Below, piece after piece: positions 18,785 to 28,229 of a stretch of DNA of 44,748 nt. Both the position numbers and the translations under genes were made by a program. The DNA is from a virus: UHGV virus genome UHGV-0124463; one strand, 5' to 3'. Under the pieces are notes generated by a model. The model saw only the letters and a program-made list of their open reading frames with translations, searched no databases and had not been told where the DNA came from. Every line of letters begins with the position of its first letter. Position 1 is the first letter of the stretch.

Positions 18785-18964
18785 ATGCACGGAAAGAATC
18801 CTGAAACGCTGCTGATGCGTAAGCAGCAACCAACAATCGACAGGCTGGCGCGGGAGTACAACGCGAAGGCAGCGCTGCGCCAGCACTATGAGAAACAAGC
18901 AAAGCGCCTGGGTATGACCCTGCGCGGCTACTGCTTCCGGTTTAATGTGCGGGGTGTAGTATGA
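18785..18964 (+). CDS. hypothetical small early protein (59 aa)
   Basis: ATG preceded by GAGGTGGGGG; stop overlaps next ATG (ATGA); below the ORF-track length cutoff. Confidence 0.3.
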   Translation: MHGKNPETLLMRKQQPTIDRLAREYNAKAALRQHYEKQAKRLGMTLRGYCFRFNVRGVV

Positions 18965-19179
18965 GCAAGCAGGACATTTATGACGTATATAAGCGCCCTA
19001 ATGGGTTTCTTTACCGGGTACCTCTATGTAGTCCACTGCACGCCCTCGCAGAATTCTATGCAGAGGAGACTAGACTGTGGTTGCCGTCCAGTCACACAGT
19101 TGGCGGGGTGGTAATGCTAAGTTGTAGCACCCTTGTGGCCCGCAACGTGGTATTCAAGGATAGCGCATGCTCACAGTAG
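18961..19179 (+). CDS. hypothetical early protein
   Basis: 72-aa ORF in tight tandem with neighbours. Confidence 0.4.
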   Translation: MSKQDIYDVYKRPNGFLYRVPLCSPLHALAEFYAEETRLWLPSSHTVGGVVMLSCSTLVARNVVFKDSACSQ

Positions 19180-19511
19180 ACGAAACAGCGCTGCTGTGCT
19201 GGCGTCTGCTGGAAACGCAGGGCAAGTGCGGTTGCACTTGGGAAACATTCAAAGAGGTTCCTAATGAACTCAAGCAAATCGTGCCAGTTGAGCGTCGATT
19301 ACTCCGAGTTAGAAAAGAGGATATTGGCACTGTTCTCACAACCTATCGAGAGTACACTGAGTCTGCCGCGCGGAAGCTGCAAGAGCACATTGCATTCGAT
19401 GTGGTTGCAGCACTACGGCGGAATGGATACCGCGGAGCTTTTAAGCAATTTAGAGCCGCAGTCCGCGCCTATTATAAGCAGCAACAACTCTCCGCGTGGT
19501 ACGCACGCTGA
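19167..19511 (+). CDS. hypothetical early protein
   Basis: 114-aa ORF with protein-like balanced composition; overlaps upstream stop by 13 nt. Confidence 0.4.
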   Translation: MLTVDETALLCWRLLETQGKCGCTWETFKEVPNELKQIVPVERRLLRVRKEDIGTVLTTYREYTESAARKLQEHIAFDVVAALRRNGYRGAFKQFRAAVRAYYKQQQLSAWYAR

Positions 19512-19542
19512 ACTCTTAGTGCATGACGAAGTTCTATTAACT

Positions 19543-21234
19543 CGGGAGCAAATGAAAATGCAAGAAACTAACACAGCACCTATCGAATGGAAAGTAGTGT
19601 TACCGGAAGGTGCAAACGCACTGCCGATTAAAGAATCAATGTATTCCAGCGGTGATTACTGGACCCCGTTCCAGGACTTGCAAATGCAAGGGGAGGACCA
19701 TCCCCACACTGAGGGTCCGCTGCAGGTGCTTATGGGTCTCCGCACTGTCAGTGCGCACACTCCAGGCTTAGAGGTGACTATAGGCGGGGCACTGCACCCA
19801 GAGTATCGCGAATCAACGATGACGCTCGGCCCGTTGCAAAAGGTGGACCTGTACCGGTCCGGAACTTTCTGCGAACTCTTTGAACCGGTGCGAATCACCA
19901 TAGACAGCAAGTTCTGGGAACGCCGCCGCGACTTCTATGAGGGCGAGGATGTAGTGGTTGAGCGCGTAGTTGCTTGCGTCGAAGAATTCACAGGTTACAA
20001 GGTGCACAAGCAGGCCGTGCAGTTATTTGAGCGCATCATGCTTGCACCAGAAGAGCAGCAGCGCCGCTTATACACTGGCTACGATTACGGCCGCCACACC
20101 CGCGATGGCAACTTAGCTGCGCTGCTCATGAAGTTGCACGGCTTCGTAGTGTCTAGATTCGCCGTGCCTTTGGGCTTTGGTTTCCGCAACGGCGAACCTA
20201 TCGTGATGCTGGGGCAGCCGCGGATGCACAAGGACTTCGCAGCAGTTACTGAGTACCGCTGCGTAGAGATGCGCGTAGGTAAGTGGCTCGCTAACTACTA
20301 CGGAAATGGTGTGGACTTCCGCGATGCTATCGAAGACCTCAAGGCTATGAACGTAGACCCTACAACGTACCTGTGCAAGACCGAGCAGGAATGGTACGAC
20401 GCCTACGAGAATGGCCCGGGTAGCTGCATGAGCGGGTACTCATTTGAGCATAGCTCTGTGCGGACGTACGCTACCACCAGCCACGGGTTGCCGGATAATG
20501 GGCTGCGCCTGTTCATCCAGTACACCGGGGAGCTGTTCGGCGACGATTTCGAAGTGCAGGCACGGGCAATCGTTAACACAGAAACTAACGAGTACGTCCG
20601 CGCTTACGGCAACGCTGCGGATGCAATCCTGCGGGGGCATGGGTACACCAAAAACATTGAATGTCTCGAAGGGGTAATGCTGGCGCGAATACCGCACCCA
20701 ACATACAACGGCGCAGTGCTGATGCCATACCTAGATAGCAGCCAGTGCGGCGTAGATGAGTATGGGGATGATGCCTTTGTAATCCGTGATGCTTATGAGT
20801 ACGAGGCACAAGACTCAGAAGGATACATCTACGTAGGCACTGAGTCTGCTCGGTGCTGCTGCTGTGAATGTCGCCACTCTGTAGATGACATGCAGGAGAC
20901 CGCAGATGGTGATATGGTCTGCGACGGCTGCGTAGAAGAAGGGGATTTTGTGTACGTAGTTGGGCGTGATGGTCTGCATAATCGCTGGAGCTGCACCTGG
21001 TCTGATTACCACGACGCCTATGTATACGACGAGGACATAGAGCGCTGCGAAGTAGAGGGTGTAGTGCACGACCAAGAGGAACTGGTGTTTGCACAGGACC
21101 GGCAAGTGCTTATTGAGCACGCAGAAGAACACCCAGTGCACGGGTTAATTCTCACTGAGCATGCAGCTGATTGCTTGGGAGAGAAGTACCTGGGCAACGA
21201 TGAAGATGAAGAAGAAGCAGAGGAGGCAGCTTAA
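19543..21234 (+). CDS. large acidic early protein with cysteine cluster, unknown function
   Basis: Start chosen at ATG 19543 (RBS GGGAG); the track ORF extends to 19264 but that extension is Ser/Pro-rich and overlaps 19167..19511; CCCCECRH...CDGC cluster; acidic tail DEDEEEAEEAA. Confidence 0.5.
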   Translation, partial: REQMKMQETNTAPIEWKVVLPEGANALPIKESMYSSGDYWTPFQDLQMQGEDHPHTEGPLQVLMGLRTVSAHTPGLEVTIGGALHPEYRESTMTLGPLQKVDLYRSGTFCELFEPVRITIDSKFWERRRDFYEGEDVVVERVVACVEEFTGYKVHKQAVQLFERIMLAPEEQQRRLYTGYDYGRHTRDGNLAALLMKLHGFVVSRFAVPLGFGFRNGEPIVMLGQPRMHKDFAAVTEYRCVEMRVGKWLANYYGNGVDFRDAIEDLKAMNVDPTTYLCKTEQEWYDAYENGPGSCMSGYSFEHSSVRTYATTSHGLPDNGLRLFIQYTGELFGDDFEVQARAIVNTETNEYVRAYGNAADAILRGHGYTKNIECLEGVMLARIPHPTYNGAVLMPYLDSSQCGVDEYGDDAFVIRDAYEYEAQDSEGYIYVGTESARCCCCECRHSVDDMQETADGDMVCDGCVEEGDFVYVVGRDGLHNRWSCTWSDYHDAYVYDEDIERCEVEGVVHDQEELVFAQDRQVLIEHAEEHPVHGLILTEHAADCLGEKYLGNDEDEEEAEEAA

Positions 21235-22289
21235 TGTTCTTGAATCCGCACGGGATTGATATGCAGCTGCTCTTGCAGATACTGCAAACGCACCGGCCTA
21301 GCTGGGGTAGCACTAAGTGGTTCGAGCCGCTGCTTATGCAGTCGCTACAGGCACTTGGTAGCGGTGTGCACTACGTAAAGGATAAGCACGGGAACTACTT
21401 CGTGCTGGTGGGAGACTCAGAGCAAAGCGACGTAGCGTTTACATCGCACCTCGATACGGTGGCCCGTCCTGGTAGTGCAGCCCCGGACGTTGGTTGCACT
21501 AACAAGGGCATACTGTTCGTAAAGAATCCGCAACAAGCTGACTGCTTGGGGGCGGACTGCGGTGCTGGTATCTACCTGATGCTGGAGATGCTGCGGCGGG
21601 GTGTGCACGGACGCTACTGCTTCTTCGTGGATGAAGAGGTGGGCTGCGAAGGCAGCGCTGCATCGGTCAAGGATGACACTGGATTTTGGACTGGTGTCAA
21701 GGCGATGATTAGCTTTGACCGCCGCGGAGATGGTATCATTACGCACCAGCGGTACATGCGCTGCTGCTCTGATACCTTTGCCAAGACTCTGGCAGAGCGC
21801 CTAGGACGCACGGAGCAGCACTTACAAAAGGGTGTGTATACTGACTCAGCCGAGTTCGTCGGCATCATCCCTGAGTGCACCAACGTCGGTGTAGGGTACA
21901 TGCACGAGCACACTCCGGATGAGGTACTGGACCTGAACATCCTGGGGCAAGTGCTTGAGCGGGTACTGCAAGATGGTACGTTCTCGCACCTTCCGATTGA
22001 GCGGGACCCGAAGGTAGTAGAGACGGACCAATGGCTCTCTACATCTACTCTGAGTTTCCGGCAGCCGTGGGACATGCCCCCGGACGAGGACCCGCAATTG
22101 CTGGCTGCGTTCCGTGTAGTGTCACAGCTTTCTAAACAGCAACTGATTAGCTGGGTGCAGGAGAATCCAGAGAAGGCGGCGGAGTACATCATGGTGTTCT
22201 CCGATTATGGCTTCAAAGAGGAGCTGATTGAACTAGGCACCCGAGTCGTAGAAGACTGGGGCGGATACGATAATATTGTGGAGGGTTGA
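21234..22289 (+). CDS. metallopeptidase candidate (M20/M28-like zinc hydrolase motif set)
   Basis: Ordered motifs HLDTV, GADCGAG, DEEVGCEGS, and a later HEH; 351 aa. Confidence 0.4.
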   Translation: MFLNPHGIDMQLLLQILQTHRPSWGSTKWFEPLLMQSLQALGSGVHYVKDKHGNYFVLVGDSEQSDVAFTSHLDTVARPGSAAPDVGCTNKGILFVKNPQQADCLGADCGAGIYLMLEMLRRGVHGRYCFFVDEEVGCEGSAASVKDDTGFWTGVKAMISFDRRGDGIITHQRYMRCCSDTFAKTLAERLGRTEQHLQKGVYTDSAEFVGIIPECTNVGVGYMHEHTPDEVLDLNILGQVLERVLQDGTFSHLPIERDPKVVETDQWLSTSTLSFRQPWDMPPDEDPQLLAAFRVVSQLSKQQLISWVQENPEKAAEYIMVFSDYGFKEELIELGTRVVEDWGGYDNIVEG

Positions 22290-22738
22290 TTATGTCTAAA
22301 CTTTTTCAAGTGGGTGATAAGGTTCAGCGCATCAATAAGATTGAAGGTAAGACCATGCGCGGCGAGATAGTCACTAAGGGGCCTGGCCTCTGTATAGACA
22401 TCAAGCTAACCGAAGGAGCAGGGATTCGTTATGCCGGGGATATCTATGGCGGCTCTGCCGACTTCTGGCAGCTAATCGAGGAGGCGGACGAGCTGCCACC
22501 GGTTCCGTCTAGTGTAGCATATTTAAACACTAAACGAGACCCAGGAAACGACCAGCGGCTGGTATTAGAAAAGGACAGCGAGACTAACGAAGGACTACTA
22601 TACATCGGAATAGTGCCTAGAAAAGGCAGCACCCGGGCAGAGCGAGAGATTGGTATTAATATGAGCCCCGATTCAGCCCTGCAGTTGGCACATGACATTC
22701 GTCGAATGGCTATGAAAGTTAAGCGAGAGATTCAGTAA
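22286..22738 (+). CDS. hypothetical protein
   Basis: 150-aa ORF overlapping neighbours by 4 nt and 1 nt. Confidence 0.45.
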   Translation: MIMSKLFQVGDKVQRINKIEGKTMRGEIVTKGPGLCIDIKLTEGAGIRYAGDIYGGSADFWQLIEEADELPPVPSSVAYLNTKRDPGNDQRLVLEKDSETNEGLLYIGIVPRKGSTRAEREIGINMSPDSALQLAHDIRRMAMKVKREIQ

Positions 22739-23529
22739 TGGACCAGCCCTGGCTTAGAGCGTGCAAGCGCCTGGCCGTGGGGCAGAGGGCACGCTTTCGG
22801 TGCTGCGGCAGGGACGCCGCCGGGGTGCTCTACAATAACCCTGATGCCTGGGAATACTATTGCCACCGCTGTAAACAGGTGGGCAAGGAGCACAAGCAGT
22901 ACCAGCGCATACAGTTACAGGAAGAGCCGAGGGTGCAGCCCTCTGCACCTGCAGATGCAATTTGCATTAGCCAAGCGCCTGCGGAAACGCAGAGTTTTCT
23001 TTACGGATTCCTGACCACAAAGGGAATCATGCCTGAAATGGTGGAGGATGCAGAATGGAGCAAAGAGAAACAGCGGATAATATTCCGTGTCGGAAGCGCT
23101 GCTCTGGGCCGTGCAGTGCATGCCCGACAGCAACCGAAGTGGGTAATGTACGGCCAGCCAATGCCGTTCGCTGCCGCGGCACCTGCCGTAGCGCCGGATG
23201 TAGCTGCGGCCGCACCTCTAAAGGTCGTGCTCACCGAGGACTATCTATCAGCGATCAAATATCAGCACGCGATTACGAACTACTCTGCAATGAACGTGCA
23301 GGCTATAGCTATGCTGGGTACTCGCTTGCCCGTGCAGTTAAGGGCGTGGCTGATACAGAACAAACCGACAGTGATACTGTCCCTGGATAATGACCAAGCG
23401 GGACACTCCGGCGCGGCCATGATACGGCGCGCGCTACGTCCCTTTATGTCGTGCCACGAAATCTACTACGACGGGGACCCAAAAGAGGCAACAATACAGG
23501 AGTTATTAGATGGTATTAGGCGCGTGTAA
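22738..23529 (+). CDS. DNA primase (zinc-ribbon + TOPRIM)
   Basis: N-terminal CCGRD...YYCHRC zinc-binding motif; TOPRIM-like TEDYLSAIKYQH and LSLDNDQAG. Confidence 0.65.
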   Translation: MDQPWLRACKRLAVGQRARFRCCGRDAAGVLYNNPDAWEYYCHRCKQVGKEHKQYQRIQLQEEPRVQPSAPADAICISQAPAETQSFLYGFLTTKGIMPEMVEDAEWSKEKQRIIFRVGSAALGRAVHARQQPKWVMYGQPMPFAAAAPAVAPDVAAAAPLKVVLTEDYLSAIKYQHAITNYSAMNVQAIAMLGTRLPVQLRAWLIQNKPTVILSLDNDQAGHSGAAMIRRALRPFMSCHEIYYDGDPKEATIQELLDGIRRV

Positions 23530-23947
23530 AGAGCACAAACAGAAAGGCGGACCAAAGGGTTACGGAAATACCCCGTTCAAAGGGCGGAAGATACCCCTGC
23601 ATAGAGAGGTGTATTGCTCGGCGAACGATATATCTCCGGAGAGCATAGTGGGGCTAGTTGTGCGCCATAAGTGTGACAACCCGAGATGTATTAATCCCGA
23701 GCATTTAGAATTAGGTACGGTCAAGGATAACGTCCATGACTGTATTGCCCGGGGTAGGGCTAGACGTGGAGTTTCTAAAGGGGAGCAGAATGGGTACTCC
23801 AAGCTAACAGCGCAGCAGGTGGACTATATCAGGAAGACCTACAGGCGGTACAGCAGGGAACACGGCACACCGGCCATAGCTGCTAGCCTTGGTGTAAGTG
23901 TGTCAGCAGTGCACGATGTATTGAAAGCTAAAACTTGGAGGCTCTAA
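23510..23947 (+). CDS. HNH homing endonuclease (paralog 1 of 3)
   Basis: Motif LVVRHKCDNPRCINPEHLELGTVKDNVHD; overlaps primase 3' end. Confidence 0.7.
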   Translation: MVLGACKEHKQKGGPKGYGNTPFKGRKIPLHREVYCSANDISPESIVGLVVRHKCDNPRCINPEHLELGTVKDNVHDCIARGRARRGVSKGEQNGYSKLTAQQVDYIRKTYRRYSREHGTPAIAASLGVSVSAVHDVLKAKTWRL

Positions 23948-25228
23948 TTGGATCTAATAGTTGTTCGTGCGATGTGCACGCAGAAGGTTTGGAACCGACT
24001 GCGAGAGCAGATTCCTAAGTCGATGCTTGCGCCGGATACGTCGAACCTTCTGGACTGGGTGGGGCTGTACTGGAACACGTACCCGGAGCACCAGGAGGTT
24101 CAGTGGGATGCAATGCAGAGCATGCTCAATCTCCGGGCGGGACACCTATCCCGGGAAGAGCGGGTAATCATGGACGAGCTTATGCGGGGAGTACAAGCCG
24201 TACCGCAGGATTCTGTGGTGGGGATTGTCCAGACCCTGAATGAGCTGGCCTACAGCGGAGAGGTGGCGGCGCTGACGCAACGCTACCAAGACGGCGAGGA
24301 GATTGATTACCTCCTGGAGATGAAGCACCTACAGCGCAAGTACGGTGATGGCGCTGCGGTGCATGAGTCGCTGCTTGAATGGGAGAGCGGTAGTGTTGAC
24401 GAGATACTTGCCGCGACTGATGAGAGCGGCGGTCTTAAACTGGGCGTGTTCGAGCAACTCGCTAGCAACATCCGAGGTCTACGTGGCGGGGACTGTATCG
24501 CAGTGGCTGCTCCTGTGGACTCTGGTAAAACTAGTCTGCTTGCTGCTATTGCTGTGGATTTTGCTGAGCAAATGCAGCAGCAGCCGGAAGTGTACGGAGA
24601 CCGCCCGATTCTCTGGCTGGTTAACGAAGGTCCGGCGACGCGCACAGTGCCGCGGGTATATCAAGCGGCGCTGCACTGGACTCTGGCTGAGATTAAGGAC
24701 CGGCACAGTAAGCAAGAGTTCGTGCCAGCCTACCTCAAGAAAGTAGGCAGGGCTGACCGGATTCGTGTTAAGGCTGCGCATTCCTTGACTATGGCGCAGA
24801 TATCCACGCTCATGGAGGAGATGCGCCCTGCGGTAATCATCATCGACATGGTGGCGAACATCCGTGGCGGCACTATGGAGACCGAGCACCAGAACCTCGA
24901 GGCGAAATGGCAGGAGCTGCGCATACTTGGGTGCGAGAACGATTGCGCTATTGTAGGCACTATGCAGCTTTCACTCGAAGGTTACAACATGCTGTTCCCG
25001 CCACTCACCGCTATGAAGCAGAGCAAGATTGGTGTACAGGGTGCCTTGGACTTAGCTATTATGATGGGGTGCTTGGACAGAAACGAGCAGCCGCACATGC
25101 AAAACGTACGCGGTATCAGTACTCCGAAGAACAAGATGGCACTATCTGGTAAAGAATCGCTCCTGCAATTCGAGGTGGGATTCGAGCCGGGTCGTTGCCG
25201 CTTTGACGAAGGCCAGATTAACCGGTGA
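23948..25228 (+). CDS. replicative DNA helicase (DnaB / T7 gp4 helicase-domain-like)
   Basis: Walker A AAPVDSGKTSLL; RecA-fold helicase motifs; 426 aa. Confidence 0.75.
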   Translation: MDLIVVRAMCTQKVWNRLREQIPKSMLAPDTSNLLDWVGLYWNTYPEHQEVQWDAMQSMLNLRAGHLSREERVIMDELMRGVQAVPQDSVVGIVQTLNELAYSGEVAALTQRYQDGEEIDYLLEMKHLQRKYGDGAAVHESLLEWESGSVDEILAATDESGGLKLGVFEQLASNIRGLRGGDCIAVAAPVDSGKTSLLAAIAVDFAEQMQQQPEVYGDRPILWLVNEGPATRTVPRVYQAALHWTLAEIKDRHSKQEFVPAYLKKVGRADRIRVKAAHSLTMAQISTLMEEMRPAVIIIDMVANIRGGTMETEHQNLEAKWQELRILGCENDCAIVGTMQLSLEGYNMLFPPLTAMKQSKIGVQGALDLAIMMGCLDRNEQPHMQNVRGISTPKNKMALSGKESLLQFEVGFEPGRCRFDEGQINR

Positions 25229-25280
25229 CTTCCCTAGCGCCTTCTATGAGGGCGCTATGTAGGTACAATAGGAGGCTACT

Positions 25281-25436
25281 ATGCTTAAACCGTCAGACAT
25301 TAACTACCTCGATGAAGAGGTAATCAAGGCGTACGCTGCATCTGCAGGTACTTTCCGTAAACAGTTTGCACTGGACAGCAGCCAGCTGATTGTGCATCTG
25401 GCGATTAATAAGGCTCGGAGGGCTAATTGGAAATGA
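25281..25436 (+). CDS. hypothetical small protein (51 aa)
   Basis: ATG preceded by AGGAGG; stop overlaps the HNH ATG. Confidence 0.3.
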   Translation: MLKPSDINYLDEEVIKAYAASAGTFRKQFALDSSQLIVHLAINKARRANWK

Positions 25437-25882
25437 CAGGTTGTATTGACCACGGACAGAAGGGAAGCACTTGCCGAGGAAAGGGCGCTGGGTATGGCCG
25501 CTCCAGATTTGACGGGAAGACAACTGGCAGCCACCGCAAAGCATACTGTGTAGCTCACAACTTGAAGCTGAGCGATATCGCGGGACTTGTAGTCCGGCAT
25601 TCGTGCGACAATCCTCGGTGCATAAATCCGGAGCACCTGCTACTAGGGACTTCTAGCGATAATATGCAGGACCGAAATAAAGGTGCGCGTAATTTGCTGG
25701 GCAGCCGCAACCCTGCTGCCAGACTTACCCCAGAAGACGTGCACAGCATACGAGAAGCATACGCTGGCGGTGAGACCCAGGTATCTATAGCGAGACGCTT
25801 CGGGACAAGTCAAGGATACATATCTAATATCATAAAGGGGAGGGTATGGAATGAGCAGAAGCATCCTGATAACGGATTATGA
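25433..25882 (+). CDS. HNH homing endonuclease (paralog 2 of 3)
   Basis: Motif LVVRHSCDNPRCINPEHLLLGTSSDNMQD; track ORF 25427..25882, ATG at 25433 after GGAGGG. Confidence 0.7.
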   Translation: MTGCIDHGQKGSTCRGKGAGYGRSRFDGKTTGSHRKAYCVAHNLKLSDIAGLVVRHSCDNPRCINPEHLLLGTSSDNMQDRNKGARNLLGSRNPAARLTPEDVHSIREAYAGGETQVSIARRFGTSQGYISNIIKGRVWNEQKHPDNGL

Positions 25883-28229
25883 GACGCAAAACCACCCATA
25901 TTACGGTAGTGTTGCTTCCCCGTACTGTCCGGATAATTACATCGTAGAATCAGCGTGGCGTATTGACCGCACGCACGATGACGGTACGGTAGAAGTAGGC
26001 CCCGTAGAGAGTGTACGGTATAACAGTCGCGCGCACTTTGAAGCGGCACCTGTATCAGAATGGCTCCCAATACCAGCTGACTGTTGGCTGATTGTGGCTC
26101 ACAACGCCGCATATGAGATTAGCTGGTTCCTAACCTTTGCGCGCGCCGAGTTTGAGGCCTTCCTAAAGCGGGGAGGTCGCGTATTCTGTACGATGCATTC
26201 TGAGTACATCGCCTCGGACTTTCAGAGCATGTATCCGTCGCTGGACGAGACGGCTCCTAAGTACGGTGGTACGCACAAAGTAGACGGGGTTAAGATTCTA
26301 TGGGAGCAGGGTGTGTTAACCTCCCAGATTGACCCGATGCTGCTGCATGACTACCTGGTTAACGGGGACATCCCGAACACGGCTCTGTGCTTCTACGGTC
26401 AGTGCGCTACGTTCGCCCAGCGCAATCAGATGCAGTACGTGTGGGAGCGCATGGATGCTCTGCTAGCCTGGGCGTACTGCGAATGGTTCGGCCTGTTCGT
26501 TAATATGCCAATTGCGCGCAAGAACCAAGAGGAGCAGGAGCAGCGCATCCGCGAGATTAAGCAGGAGCTGCAGCAGTACATCCCTAAGGACTTGCCGGAG
26601 GCACTGGATTTCAACTTCGGTTCGGACTTTCATATGTCTGCACTGGTGTACGGTGGGCCTATCAAGTACCGCAAGAAGGTGCCCTATGACCCTCCTCAGT
26701 ACGTCAAGTACGATGCCTACTTAGCAGACGTCAATGGAACGTTGCAGTATATTGATGTGTCCGACTGGCAGCCAGAATGGACGTACCCGCGGACACTGTA
26801 TAAGTCCGGCAAGAACAAGGGGCTTCCCAAAGTGTTCCGCCTTGATACCGAGGAGGAGAAACTTAAGTGGGAGGATGACCTTTACTTCTGCCCGGGCCTA
26901 GTGAACATCCAGGAGCTGCCGGAAGTTATCCGGGAGAAGTACACAGAGCGCGGAGAGTTCCGGCAGGCGCGGAACCTGCAGGATGACACTCCTGTGTATA
27001 GTACCAGCACTGACGCAATGGAGGCACTGGCTCGCCAAGGTTTCGAGTTCTGTAAGTTGGTGAACGAGCTGGCGGCGCTGGAGAAGGACACTGGAACTTA
27101 CTACTTGCGTGAAGTTCTGGACGCAGAGGGTAAAGTCAAAGAGCGGAAGGGCATGTTACAGTACGTAATCCCTGAGCGTCCTGATGGTTCTGGCATCATA
27201 CACCACCGACTGAATACCTGCGCCACCGTAACCGGGCGCTTGAGTAGCTCTAACCCGAACCTGCAGAACCTACCCCGCCCGGATGAGGATGGGGATGGGG
27301 TAGCTAAATCCAAGGTGAAGCAGGTATTCACCAGCCGATTCGGGGATAACGGACGCATCACTGAGGTTGACTACTCGGCGCTGGAAGTGGTTATGTCCTG
27401 CGTGCATACGGGGGACACCAAACTACTGGGGCTGCTGCAGGGCGGCACGGATATGCACTGTTACCGCCTAGCTTTCCGCGAGGAACTGCCGTATGAAGAA
27501 GTGTATGAGCGCTGCCACAACAAGAAGCACGAGCTGCATCCGCTTTGGAAGGCAATGCGTACAGGTATTAAGGCTCCTAGCTTCGCAGCCCAGTATGGCG
27601 CTACGGCTAAGGGGATTGCGTTTGCTACTGGATGTACGGTGGAATTCGCACAGGCTTTCTTGGACAACGAGGCTGCGCTGTTCCCGCAAACAATTGGCTT
27701 CCGCGCTGTTATCAAGGAAGAAGTAGAGCGCACCGGGGCAGCCGGGCGCATGTACCGCGAGCAGGCTGACGATGGCAGCTACCGAGTCTACCGCATCGGG
27801 ACGTGGACTAGCCCAGCAGGTGCCCGCTATAGCTTCCGCCAGAAGGAGCAGTGGAAAGAGGTTGTGCCTGGGCAGCGTAAGCAGAAGGTAATGGACTACA
27901 AGGAAACAGAGATGGCTAACTACTGGTGCCAGGGGGAAGCATTCTTCCTGATGGCGGTAGCCGCCGGTATGGTTCTGCGTGCACTCCTGGCCCGTGACTG
28001 GTTCGACAATCAGGTGTGCCTGATTACGAACGTGCACGATGCGTTGTATCTGGACAGCGCCAACCCGGAGGTTGGACGTGAGGCGAGCCTGCTGGTTAAG
28101 CAGTGCATGGAGGATGCACCTAAGCGTATTCACCAGCTCTGGCCTAACTACGGCATCATTGGTGAGGTCCCGTTCCCGGCGGAATGTGAGATGGGGGTAA
28201 GCATGTATGCCAAAGAGAAAATTGAGTGA
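25851..28229 (+). CDS. DNA polymerase, family A, with 3'-5' exonuclease domain
   Basis: Exo motif ITDYET; pol motifs DYSALEVV, RTGIKAPSFAAQYG, NVHDALYLD; 792 aa. Confidence 0.85.
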   Translation: MSRSILITDYETQNHPYYGSVASPYCPDNYIVESAWRIDRTHDDGTVEVGPVESVRYNSRAHFEAAPVSEWLPIPADCWLIVAHNAAYEISWFLTFARAEFEAFLKRGGRVFCTMHSEYIASDFQSMYPSLDETAPKYGGTHKVDGVKILWEQGVLTSQIDPMLLHDYLVNGDIPNTALCFYGQCATFAQRNQMQYVWERMDALLAWAYCEWFGLFVNMPIARKNQEEQEQRIREIKQELQQYIPKDLPEALDFNFGSDFHMSALVYGGPIKYRKKVPYDPPQYVKYDAYLADVNGTLQYIDVSDWQPEWTYPRTLYKSGKNKGLPKVFRLDTEEEKLKWEDDLYFCPGLVNIQELPEVIREKYTERGEFRQARNLQDDTPVYSTSTDAMEALARQGFEFCKLVNELAALEKDTGTYYLREVLDAEGKVKERKGMLQYVIPERPDGSGIIHHRLNTCATVTGRLSSSNPNLQNLPRPDEDGDGVAKSKVKQVFTSRFGDNGRITEVDYSALEVVMSCVHTGDTKLLGLLQGGTDMHCYRLAFREELPYEEVYERCHNKKHELHPLWKAMRTGIKAPSFAAQYGATAKGIAFATGCTVEFAQAFLDNEAALFPQTIGFRAVIKEEVERTGAAGRMYREQADDGSYRVYRIGTWTSPAGARYSFRQKEQWKEVVPGQRKQKVMDYKETEMANYWCQGEAFFLMAVAAGMVLRALLARDWFDNQVCLITNVHDALYLDSANPEVGREASLLVKQCMEDAPKRIHQLWPNYGIIGEVPFPAECEMGVSMYAKEKIE

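Noticed and set aside
17929-18861. 310-aa minus-strand ORF
   Set aside because: Antisense to four tandem + strand early ORFs; translation is Cys/Ser/Arg-rich and low-complexity; every confident gene in the genome is on the + strand
19264-19542. N-terminal extension of the large early ORF (track ORF 19264..21234)
   Set aside because: The extension is Ser/Pro-rich and overlaps the protein-like ORF 19167..19511 in another frame; an ATG with RBS at 19543 gives a non-overlapping start. Not certain; an N-terminal extension remains possible
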